Assembly: GCA_003345545.1 (NCBI GenBank) | Contig: PRDH01000039.1 | Span: 32,001-96,000, forward strand | DNA length: 64,000 nucleotides | Origin: Candidatus Thorarchaeota archaeon | GTDB lineage: Archaea; Asgardarchaeota; Thorarchaeia; Thorarchaeales; Thorarchaeaceae | Direction of reading: 5' to 3' | Part shown: positions 1-8,933 of the stretch, piece by piece | How positions within the stretch are numbered: the stretch's first letter is position 1 | Layout: every line of letters starts with the position of its first letter | Notes under the pieces: generated by a model | What the model saw: only the letters and a program-made list of their open reading frames with translations | Database searches by the model: none | Told to the model about the DNA's origin: nothing | Position numbers and translations under genes: made by a program

Positions 1-155
1 CATGAAGGTGCATCACAGATATATCGCGGGATTCATACACGGAGCTTGATACAAGGTCCCTCTTTTATTCTGGAGGGCTTTCGCGGATTGATTTCTCAGA
101 ATCCTTTACATGTGGTTGTGTTTCTGTGCTAATGGGACTAGATAGAACTGGATGA

Positions 156-641
156 GTGAGCCTAATGAACCTGAAAGTACGAAGAGAAGGCGAGATTGTC
201 GAACTCCGCAAGGTGGAACTTGACACACTGAGTCCTCCTCTCTTCAGAACTCTGATTGGATACAACTCCCTGAAGCGCCTTGGCTACTCTATCTCATTTA
301 TTCGTCCCAAGAAGAGCTCAAGCGGCGACTTTGAACGGATTCGGTACAACTTCATTGAACGTGGAGTCATGACGCGACAGCTCGAGGGTCAGCTTGAGCC
401 TGATATGAAACGAGGCATACTGAATCAGCTTCCTCGTGGCAACTTTTCAATCATCCTTCTTCTAACACAGATACCGAGGCGAGGTGTCAATATTCGTCTT
501 GACAAGTTTGAATACGAGTTCCTCGGCTGTATCCTTCTGAGAAACGAAGAAACATTAGATGTTGTCATGAATACGACTCCGACTCGTGATATCCTGTTGC
601 CGATGTATCCAGACACTGAGACTACGCCTCTAGAGAGTTAG
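156..641 (+). CDS. hypothetical protein
   Basis: 161-aa ORF with protein-like composition and no recognised motif; start may be ATG 165. Confidence 0.55.
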   Translation: MSLMNLKVRREGEIVELRKVELDTLSPPLFRTLIGYNSLKRLGYSISFIRPKKSSSGDFERIRYNFIERGVMTRQLEGQLEPDMKRGILNQLPRGNFSIILLLTQIPRRGVNIRLDKFEYEFLGCILLRNEETLDVVMNTTPTRDILLPMYPDTETTPLES

Positions 642-643
642 CA

Positions 644-859
644 TCAGATCTCTCTTGTAAAAGGCGTTGTCTTCTTCTCAAGTTGACGCAGTTCGCTCCT
701 TTTCTTCCATGCCCTATACCCCGCAAGAGCAGCTCTCAAGCCAAGGAGTGAAATAGGTACTGCGTACCAGATGAACAGAATCGTAAGGTCATACTGAAGC
801 ATTCTTGGTCCATCGTACTCCTTGGCGAAAGGAATTAAGGCTGTTGCATAGGGCATCAT
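644..859 (-). CDS. small single-pass membrane protein
   Basis: hydrophobic stretch LTILFIWYAVPISLLGL followed by a basic tail; fills the gap between larger genes. Confidence 0.45.
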   Translation of the reverse strand: MMPYATALIPFAKEYDGPRMLQYDLTILFIWYAVPISLLGLRAALAGYRAWKKRSELRQLEKKTTPFTREI

Positions 860-912
860 TCAACTTCATTTTTATCTAGGGATTAGACATACTCATTTGA
901 GAGGAAAGTTGG

Positions 913-2610
913 TTGTCAAAGATATCCAGAGATGTTCCCAAGGCGATTGCAGCTTTCGGAGAGAAGCAGTTCAATGAGACTGGTGCTGCTGCTGTTGAAG
1001 TCCTGAGGGTGAAGGAAGCCGTACTGAGGAAGCATTTCCGAGAGCTCAGGGGGATTCTATACCTCGTGGCAGTGGTGTCCACCGACCGAGTAAGAGTCTA
1101 TTTCTTCAATGCCGCTGGTGTGATGGTCATTGGTGAGAATCTAGGCCTGTCTGTCTATGACGATGTAAGAAAGAGCTCAAAGCTCGTGGCGAAGTATGAG
1201 AAGCCCAGGCCACTAACCCCCGAGGAGCTTCGTATTGAGGCCACTCAAGACTTGCGCGATGCTCTAGGGAAGGCAATCCGGCGAGTGTCACGTTTGCTGT
1301 CTCTGAAAGAACCAGAATTTCCCGACATCTTTGTCACTCGGTCAGAAACAGAGAGGGGAAGCCAGACCTTCGGAATTCAGATAACTGACGACAGTGAATT
1401 ACTGTTTGAAGAATCCATAATTGCGAAGATCTGGCATGAGGGTCTCTTGCTTCGGGTTGCCTACCTATTGCACCTAGATAGGTCACAATGGAAGAGCGAT
1501 TTTGCTGGTTCCGTGGGGAATGGCATAGCCTACTCCCTCCTCAAGGATGAAGCCAAGGCTGCGTGGTACAGTGAATGGAAGAAACGAAGCAAGGGGAGCA
1601 TTTGGGAGCCCATCGTCAACCACTTCACTAATCATGCTTTGACATATTCCTCAAAGGGTTATCTCTGGCTGACCTCTGTCCTGCGTGAACTGCCTTCAAA
1701 CATCGATTTTTCTGAATGGGTGACTTCAGTTCAGGCTGTTCACGACTCAGTATTGGTTTCCCTCGGCACAGAGGAATACCACATCATCGATGGTTTCTGC
1801 AAAACCCTTGCAAATCCTCAGCAGCTGATAAAGCGGCGCTATCTGTTAGAATCAATTCATCTGTCCCCTCGAGTTATGTGTGATCCCACGTCTTTAGGAT
1901 TCCAGCTTTCTCTGGAAGTGAGCGAACAAGCCGCTGGGAATACTTGGGCATCAATTCTGTATTTTGATGGTGCAATAGTGAGATCACTCGCCGTAGTCGA
2001 AGGCAGCAAGCATGCCATTGACTCGATTGAGTATTGGCTAAACCTGGAAGATATCTTCCCTCTGACTGGCGGTCCCATTTCACACGGTTTGTCTATCGTC
2101 AGACATGCCTTGGAGAAGGCCGGTTTCAAGAAACCAGTGAAGGGGACGTTCGAAGCTACACTAGAAATGAAGATAAGAACACAGCTGGAGCAAAAGGAAG
2201 CTGCAGTTCTCGGGCGACTCGTACTTGGTGAGTTGGCTATTCTATCGAACACTCTAGTAGGCTCGCCTCTGATCGTTAGAAATCTGGTAGAGCAGCGAGC
2301 TATTGTCCTTGTACCATCTTTCAGTCATCTAGGCATACAACCCGAATTCTTGATTGAGGGTCCGGCTGAGAGAGTCAGAGAACTGGCCCGCTTGGTACCA
2401 GAAGCCACGATATTCGAATCGGGAGCTCGCGCCAACGCGATTCTATCTGCTCCGACAAGTTGGAAGGCCAATCTCGTTGAGTCTATCGCAAGGGAGAAAG
2501 TGTCACTCTGGCCAATCATCTCTGCGAAATCATCACGACGACTCATTCGTGATGAGGTATTATTCCCCACTGGTGATGGTCCTCATACTTGGACCGCGGA
2601 CTCTACCTGA
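913..2610 (+). CDS. hypothetical protein (565 aa)
   Basis: long ORF with no confidently recognised motif. Confidence 0.75.
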   Translation: MSKISRDVPKAIAAFGEKQFNETGAAAVEVLRVKEAVLRKHFRELRGILYLVAVVSTDRVRVYFFNAAGVMVIGENLGLSVYDDVRKSSKLVAKYEKPRPLTPEELRIEATQDLRDALGKAIRRVSRLLSLKEPEFPDIFVTRSETERGSQTFGIQITDDSELLFEESIIAKIWHEGLLLRVAYLLHLDRSQWKSDFAGSVGNGIAYSLLKDEAKAAWYSEWKKRSKGSIWEPIVNHFTNHALTYSSKGYLWLTSVLRELPSNIDFSEWVTSVQAVHDSVLVSLGTEEYHIIDGFCKTLANPQQLIKRRYLLESIHLSPRVMCDPTSLGFQLSLEVSEQAAGNTWASILYFDGAIVRSLAVVEGSKHAIDSIEYWLNLEDIFPLTGGPISHGLSIVRHALEKAGFKKPVKGTFEATLEMKIRTQLEQKEAAVLGRLVLGELAILSNTLVGSPLIVRNLVEQRAIVLVPSFSHLGIQPEFLIEGPAERVRELARLVPEATIFESGARANAILSAPTSWKANLVESIAREKVSLWPIISAKSSRRLIRDEVLFPTGDGPHTWTADST

Positions 2611-4267
2611 TGATTGCGACGATGGTCCCTATCGCCCTTGTATTCTCTTCCCTCAGAACGATTCTGTCATCGACTCCGACTGCCTCTGGTGTCACCATGA
2701 ATCTAAGCCGGACTCTTGCGAAGTCTCCCACACACAAATAATCGGCGTCGTATATCCTATCGAGAACGACTGTCTGCTGGATTGTGTGACACTGCAATAC
2801 GGGCGTGTAGCCCACAGCAATTCTTGTTGGATGTCTTGTGACCACTATGTTGGCTTCAAATTCCCGGCAGCCCTGAACCTGTTCTTCAGGATCGGCTATC
2901 ATCTGTCCTCGTCGAATCGTATGCTTGTCGACATCTTTGATATCAAATCCGAAGAGATCGCCTGCTCTCGCAGCACTGATTCGTTTCTTGAACATCTCAA
3001 TACTGAATAATCTGCCTTCTTGAAACTGATTGTTCTTTTCGGGACCAACCTTTACAGTCTGTCCTGTCTTGAAGATTCCCGATTTTACAGTGCCCGTCAC
3101 GACGACATTAGTTCCTTTGATTCCTCGGTATACTTTGTCAACGTACGCACACGCGGAATCTGTAGGACTGGCATGCTTTGTATTAGAAGGAACACTTCTG
3201 AGGAGATCTGTAAGCAGCGCTATTGACGTGGAATCCAGCGCAGAAAAAGGAACGACTGGCACGATCACTCCATGCTGAATCTCTTTCACAAGAAGTTGTA
3301 TCTCGTCCGGAGACCGGACTGTGATAGGTATCTTGCCAATGTCCTTGAGGCTTGTTCTTAGGACATTGTATACGAGTTCAAAATCCTCAGCACGTGTCTT
3401 GTCTACCTTGGATATCACAACAAAGAATGGAGCCTGCTGGCTGGACATGAGAATCAGATGTTCTCTTGTGATCTCATCGAGTCTGGGGATTCTTGTTCGG
3501 TCTTCCTCTTGGCGTATCAAGCGTGCTTCCTCAGGCCCCGGCACAAGTATGAGGCCGTACTGAGCATCAGCGCCCAGAATGCTTCTTATCATGGTCTTGC
3601 TAAATTCTCGATGACCCGGAGCGTCAAAGAATGTCACTATCTTTGTAGACTGGTCAAGAATCCTGGCAGACTCCTCCTTGTTGAGAGGATTCACAGGATG
3701 AATTGGATTTCCGTTCTCATCGAATCCTAGAAATGAAAGGTGAATATCTGCTGTCTGACCACGCGTAATCTCCTGTGGGTGTGTGAGCAGAAATGATCTG
3801 GATCTTCCTTTTCCGTCATCCGGCTTTCCGGTAACAAGTGCTCCGACTAGACTGGACTTTCCTGAGTTCACCCTTCCTGCTATATTCACGGAGCATGTTT
3901 CCTTGATCTCCGGTGCTGCTAGTTTCTTCAGCAGGTAGATTCCCACAAGTCCCTTTGGAGTTTCTACTTGCTCTTCTTCTACAATCTCTACTGCCGCTTC
4001 CTCACAGAGTTCCTTCAATACGTCTTCTGCAACCTTGAGAGCAGGTGCAGAGATGCCGAAGATCTCCCACTCCTTTCCTGCGATATCATCAATCCCCAAG
4101 AGGAAGAGACCCTCAAATGGGTTCTCACACGTCAAGTACTTTATCCTAGTGACAAGTTTCTCTCGTCTATCTTTCTTGAGGTCCGCCTTCGTCAGTCTTC
4201 TCTTGAATTCGGTATGATGGTCCTCCCCATTCTTGAGTATCTGCAAAATATCATCATGAGATGTCAT
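2603..4267 (-). CDS. archaeal GTPBP1-like translational GTPase with N-terminal Schlafen/AlbA_2 domain
   Basis: GEDHHTEFK...FLLGIDD (AlbA_2); G1 GRVNSGKS, G2 RGQT, G3 DAPGH, G4 SKVD; EF-Tu-like domains II/III (VVTGTVKSG, CREFEANIVV, GYTPVLQCHT). Confidence 0.85.
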   Translation of the reverse strand: MTSHDDILQILKNGEDHHTEFKRRLTKADLKKDRREKLVTRIKYLTCENPFEGLFLLGIDDIAGKEWEIFGISAPALKVAEDVLKELCEEAAVEIVEEEQVETPKGLVGIYLLKKLAAPEIKETCSVNIAGRVNSGKSSLVGALVTGKPDDGKGRSRSFLLTHPQEITRGQTADIHLSFLGFDENGNPIHPVNPLNKEESARILDQSTKIVTFFDAPGHREFSKTMIRSILGADAQYGLILVPGPEEARLIRQEEDRTRIPRLDEITREHLILMSSQQAPFFVVISKVDKTRAEDFELVYNVLRTSLKDIGKIPITVRSPDEIQLLVKEIQHGVIVPVVPFSALDSTSIALLTDLLRSVPSNTKHASPTDSACAYVDKVYRGIKGTNVVVTGTVKSGIFKTGQTVKVGPEKNNQFQEGRLFSIEMFKKRISAARAGDLFGFDIKDVDKHTIRRGQMIADPEEQVQGCREFEANIVVTRHPTRIAVGYTPVLQCHTIQQTVVLDRIYDADYLCVGDFARVRLRFMVTPEAVGVDDRIVLREENTRAIGTIVAIIR

Positions 4268-4494
4268 CAAGCGCTCTCCGATTCAATCAATTAGCTCTAT
4301 CAATGAGTTATAAGTGCTACCACGTTGCTTTTGGTATAGCTATCCATCGCCCTCAGTCCCAGTGGCAATCTTATTGGAGGTTTCGCGGTCAACGAAGATG
4401 GTCTGTCTGTGCGTACTCTATCATAGTGCCAAGGGCAAAAGCATATGAGTCGAAGACATGGAGCAGGAAAGGTAACCATCCTCGAGGGACACTG

Positions 4495-7400
4495 ATGTAT
4501 CGAAGCCACCTCATAGTTGCTCTACTCATAGTATCGATTCTACCCTTGTCTGGAAACTCGGTAGTGCAGCACAGCAGCTACTATAGCCCTATTGCGGATG
4601 GCTACTTGATTGAAGCAAGGCTCCAGATGGAGATAGCATCTGCACAAGAGAGTGGCGCGAGTGCGATCCTTGAGTTCAAGGGACCGCTGTCATCAACAGA
4701 AATAGCACAAGCAGAAGCTCTCGGGCTTGACTTTGCGAGACGCGGGTCCACAATCATCAATGTCGGTCGTATCTACTCTGCCATAGTCACCTCGAGAGAT
4801 GTCCTTGATCATCTCACCGATTTGGGGCTTGTCCGAGCCACCTCTGGTACAAAACAGTATGTTCCATCCCTTGACACATCCGTATCAGAGATTCGGGCTG
4901 ATGACGTGTGGAACAACCTGCATGCTGATGGTCAGGCTGTGAATGGTTCTGGCGTCACTGTGGCAGTAATCGATACCGGCGCCATGTGGACCCATCCGTC
5001 CTTTTGGCGACAGTATCCTGGCCAGTTTGACTTCCTCCTATCAGGACCCGATTACTTCATCGACCTCAATAACGATTCAGTTGCTGGCATAGGCGAAGGT
5101 CCAATTCGAACTGTCAACTCGCAGTCAGGACCTATGATAAGCTATGCTTTGGATTACATGTATGCCAATAATGATGGTGCAACTGGTTTCAACTACGCAG
5201 CTGGGGATAGATGGATTGGAGGAATTGATGCGAACGTAGACAATTCAATCGACCTGTCCTCTGAGAAAGCAGTAATTCTGAACATCTCAAAGGTTGCCTT
5301 GTTCTACGATCAGGAAGAGTCACTCGTCTATGCACGTGGAGTCAATCTGACTTTGGCTACTTCTGTCGGAGACACGAATGGTCATGGTACGCATGTAGCA
5401 TCAACAATTGCAGGGGGACAACCCGGTCTCACATCCTATGTGGGGGTAGCTCCCGGAGCTGACCTGATTATCGTTCGCAGCCCGCTCCAGTCAGCAGACA
5501 TCATCGACGGGATTAGTTTTGCAGTAGAAAACGGGGCAGACATCATTAACATGTCGTTCTCATCGTATCTGGGCTTTCTTGACGGAACTGATCCTGAAGA
5601 TCTTGCGATTACAGAAGCCTTTCTCAGTCATGGGGTCTTGTCAACTGCAGCAGCGGGCAATCTGGCCACCCACGATAAACATGCACGTATCAGCGTTTCC
5701 TCCGGTTCGTACAATACTGTCGGTCTAGATGTCTACAGTGAACCTAATTTTACCTTCTTGAGTCTACTGTGGCAGTCTACAGATCGTGATGAGCATGTGA
5801 TCTTAGGTTACTCCTCGGGTGAACCAATCGACCTTGGGAAGTACTCAGACATAGCAGGACGTTCTTTCTTCCTAGACACGGAGAATCTCTCTGCATATGT
5901 GTTCTGCGAGATTAGTCCACGCGGGATGAATAACATCATCATCCAAGTCTCGACCGCTGAGCATGATTGGCTTGATGGGCATTGGACTATCCGAGTCGAA
6001 AATCCTGAAGGAGATACAGTCTATGTTGATGGCTATGCATGGGATGGCGACTGGGGCACTTCTTACATGACCTTCAGTGACCATACTGAAGACCTGCACA
6101 CTATCAGTGGTCCTGCTACTTCAGACTTTGCCATTGCTGTCGCATCATTTGATGAGGACTCTGGAAGTATTAGTTCTTCATCAAGCAGAGGACCCCGCAT
6201 TGATGGTGCACCTAAGCCAGACATTTCAGCTCCTGGTGTGGGAATATCTGCCGCAAGAAATAGTGTATCTTCGCTCTGGATTTCAAAGGCAGGTACTAGC
6301 ATGGCTTCTCCGCATGTTGCTGGAGTCCTTGCTCTGATTCATCAGGCTGAAGGTACGTCCAGCAAATGGAGCGACTACACTGCCTTAGTCAATGGTGCTG
6401 GAGGCAGATCCTCGCACTATGACCTGTCCTCCGTGTATTGGGGCCATGGACTCTGCGACGCCGCTCTCTCCGTCATGCACGTTCTCAGTGAAGCCCTTGA
6501 GAGTGGCTCTTCACAATCAGATTGGGCACTCATTGAGGATTTGGTGAGTGACCCTGTGGATCCAGCAGTTTCGGGAGAGCTGGACATTCTCTCGGTCAAG
6601 GTAATGCAACAAATCGGGTCTATGGGCTTTGCAGCAACGACAAGGTCTGGCAGTGATTTCAGTGGTGCTGATATGTTGAGCATGGAGTGGGACTCTGACT
6701 CGAACGTTTCTACTGGAGTCAACGGTGCCAATCTATTGTTCAACCTGACTGGAAACACGTTCTCTATCTATGAGTGGTCTGGGTCATCCTATGAATCATC
6801 AGCATTGCTTGGTTTGTGGTGGCAGGATGGTGCAATGACCGTCCTGAAGATTGAGGGCTTCCAAGATGTGGAGCGAGGAAGCGTCATCTGTGCCACTCAC
6901 AATGCAACAGGACTCTACCGTGATCAGACCGGAGTCGGAGTCCTCTCTGATCAATGGCGACCACTGATTGATAGCTTAGCGATGACACCCATTGACAGTT
7001 CTCTCTCTGTCGAGCTCACGGCTGATGACCGAGACTCATCGGTGCGTACGATGACCATTGGCGCAAGTATTGTGGATGGATCGTATGAGGAGCTTCAATC
7101 ATCGACGGTGAATGGAAATGCAACAATCCAATTCCTCATAGAGTCCGATACTCTCTTGACCCCATACATCAATAGCCTCCTCTTCAATCTGACATCCGAA
7201 TCTGAATCACTCTTCTCACCACTGGTCATGCTCTCTGGACAGACTGGCGGATTCATGAGAATCGTGAGTGCATCATTGGATAGTTCAATAGTCCGCGTTG
7301 GCCTTCTCTATGATGAGCAGATATCCGGTCAGTTCACTCTTGAAGGATTTGCGCTCGCATCAGAGGTCTTGATTGGATTCCGCTATTCCTCTGGATTATG

Positions 7401-7656
7401 GTTCAATTTCACAGTTTCAGGCATCGATGGTCTCTATGAGTTTCTTATTGCCCCTGCGGGGTTTCCTGTAGGCAATTATGATGTCTACGCTATCGCCAGA
7501 GGTGCTACAGTCTCAGCGACCGAGTTGAACTTCGCCACACTGTCGATTATTGAGGACAATACAGCAATCATTATGGGATTTGCGCTGGTTGTCATTGTAG
7601 TTGTAATAGTCTTGGTCATGAGAAGAATGAGAGATAGAAGAGGTCTTGAATCATGA
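4495..7656 (+). CDS. S8 subtilisin-like serine peptidase, secreted with C-terminal membrane anchor
   Basis: signal peptide after ATG 4495; triad VIDTG, HGTHVAS, GTSMASPHVAG; C-terminal TM followed by RRMRDRR. Confidence 0.9.
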   Translation: MYRSHLIVALLIVSILPLSGNSVVQHSSYYSPIADGYLIEARLQMEIASAQESGASAILEFKGPLSSTEIAQAEALGLDFARRGSTIINVGRIYSAIVTSRDVLDHLTDLGLVRATSGTKQYVPSLDTSVSEIRADDVWNNLHADGQAVNGSGVTVAVIDTGAMWTHPSFWRQYPGQFDFLLSGPDYFIDLNNDSVAGIGEGPIRTVNSQSGPMISYALDYMYANNDGATGFNYAAGDRWIGGIDANVDNSIDLSSEKAVILNISKVALFYDQEESLVYARGVNLTLATSVGDTNGHGTHVASTIAGGQPGLTSYVGVAPGADLIIVRSPLQSADIIDGISFAVENGADIINMSFSSYLGFLDGTDPEDLAITEAFLSHGVLSTAAAGNLATHDKHARISVSSGSYNTVGLDVYSEPNFTFLSLLWQSTDRDEHVILGYSSGEPIDLGKYSDIAGRSFFLDTENLSAYVFCEISPRGMNNIIIQVSTAEHDWLDGHWTIRVENPEGDTVYVDGYAWDGDWGTSYMTFSDHTEDLHTISGPATSDFAIAVASFDEDSGSISSSSSRGPRIDGAPKPDISAPGVGISAARNSVSSLWISKAGTSMASPHVAGVLALIHQAEGTSSKWSDYTALVNGAGGRSSHYDLSSVYWGHGLCDAALSVMHVLSEALESGSSQSDWALIEDLVSDPVDPAVSGELDILSVKVMQQIGSMGFAATTRSGSDFSGADMLSMEWDSDSNVSTGVNGANLLFNLTGNTFSIYEWSGSSYESSALLGLWWQDGAMTVLKIEGFQDVERGSVICATHNATGLYRDQTGVGVLSDQWRPLIDSLAMTPIDSSLSVELTADDRDSSVRTMTIGASIVDGSYEELQSSTVNGNATIQFLIESDTLLTPYINSLLFNLTSESESLFSPLVMLSGQTGGFMRIVSASLDSSIVRVGLLYDEQISGQFTLEGFALASEVLIGFRYSSGLWFNFTVSGIDGLYEFLIAPAGFPVGNYDVYAIARGATVSATELNFATLSIIEDNTAIIMGFALVVIVVVIVLVMRRMRDRRGLES

Positions 7657-8933
7657 GAATAGTAATAGTCGGTTACGGCCCCGGCGGAGCAGCTGCAGCA
7701 ATTGCAGCAAGGATGTTCAATCCCGAAGCTGAGGTAAGAATCCTGACTGAGGAGGTTCTTGACGCCCATAAGAAACCAGGTGCCTCACTTGCTCTGGAGT
7801 TCCCAGATACAAAGGATCTATCAATCAATGACTGGTCCATAAGCTCACTGGCAAAGAAACGCATCGATGTTGTCACCGGTACAAGCGTAATCAGCGGAAA
7901 CCCGAAGTCAAGATCACTCAAGACAAAGAACGAGCAGGGCAAATCGACAGTGAAGTATGATCGTCTCATCTTGGCCACTGGAGGCATTCCGAATATCCCT
8001 GAGATACCAGGAACTGATTTGCCTGGCATATTCACGATTCAGAACATGACTGACACAAGCGAGATCGGCAGACAACTCTCAGAAATGAATGAGGTTGTCA
8101 TTGTCGGTGCTGGATTCAGTGGTCTTGAAGCTGCAGAGAGACTGATTTCTCTTGGCAAGGATGTGCATATGATTATCCGTTCTCGTTTCATGAGAAGGCA
8201 ACTTGAGGAACCAATGAGTGATGAGCTCCAATCGAGGCTGCCTCAGATTCTAAAGTTGCACTTTGGACTTGCTCCCTCCGCAGTCCTTGGTGACCAGCAC
8301 GTCCAGAGTGTTCTCCTTGGAAATCAACAGGTTGATGCGGATGCTATTCTTTTCATGACTGGCGTCAGACCCAACACCGCCCTTGCTCAACAACTTGGTG
8401 CCAAGATCGGAAGTCTTGGTGGAATCCTTGTTGACGAGCAGATGCAGACCTCTGTCAAGGGCATTTTCGCTGTGGGCGACTGCGTCGAGATGAAGGACTC
8501 ATATACAGGTCTAAATCTTCTTCTTCCGATTGGCAGTGTGGCAGCGAGAGCTGGAAGGCAAGCTGGCGTTGCAGCAGTTGGAAGTACCAAGATATACGGG
8601 GACACATCAAAGCGACTTCAGTATGACAGAATCTTTGGGAATGATGTTGTCTGTGTTGGTCATTCCTCGACTTCTGCTGAGGACTTGGGTGTCAAGACAA
8701 AAGTCCAGTATGTTGAGGATCCCAGTGAGTTCAGCAAGGTCGCGCTTGTTATCGGACCAAGGGGTCAATTGATAGGTGGACAGGTCATAGCCGCAAGACA
8801 GGGCGCTCGACTCGGATATGAGATTCTGGAGCGCGTTGAAGCCAGAGCCAAACTCAAGAATCAGCCGCTGCTGAAGCCGCGTCATGAACGGCTTCGTGAT
8901 TTTCTAGAGTCCACCTTCGGCCCTATTCAATAG
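7653..8933 (+). CDS. FAD-dependent pyridine nucleotide-disulfide oxidoreductase (NADH oxidase/CoA-disulfide reductase-like)
   Basis: GYGPGG, LILATGG, GAGFSGLE, TSVKGIFAVGDC; 4-bp ATGA overlap with the upstream protease. Confidence 0.85.
   Translation: MRIVIVGYGPGGAAAAIAARMFNPEAEVRILTEEVLDAHKKPGASLALEFPDTKDLSINDWSISSLAKKRIDVVTGTSVISGNPKSRSLKTKNEQGKSTVKYDRLILATGGIPNIPEIPGTDLPGIFTIQNMTDTSEIGRQLSEMNEVVIVGAGFSGLEAAERLISLGKDVHMIIRSRFMRRQLEEPMSDELQSRLPQILKLHFGLAPSAVLGDQHVQSVLLGNQQVDADAILFMTGVRPNTALAQQLGAKIGSLGGILVDEQMQTSVKGIFAVGDCVEMKDSYTGLNLLLPIGSVAARAGRQAGVAAVGSTKIYGDTSKRLQYDRIFGNDVVCVGHSSTSAEDLGVKTKVQYVEDPSEFSKVALVIGPRGQLIGGQVIAARQGARLGYEILERVEARAKLKNQPLLKPRHERLRDFLESTFGPIQ

Noticed and set aside
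1-132. Possible 3' end of a gene entering the window (frame +1 open to TAA at 130-132)
   Set aside because: Only 43 codons with no recognisable motif; cannot be supported.
4261-4494. N-terminal extensions in the ORF track for the first S8 protease (also Sir2, purA, hbd and the second MFS)
   Set aside because: Downstream starts fit the signal peptide, family N-termini or SD motifs better; the extensions span promoter regions.
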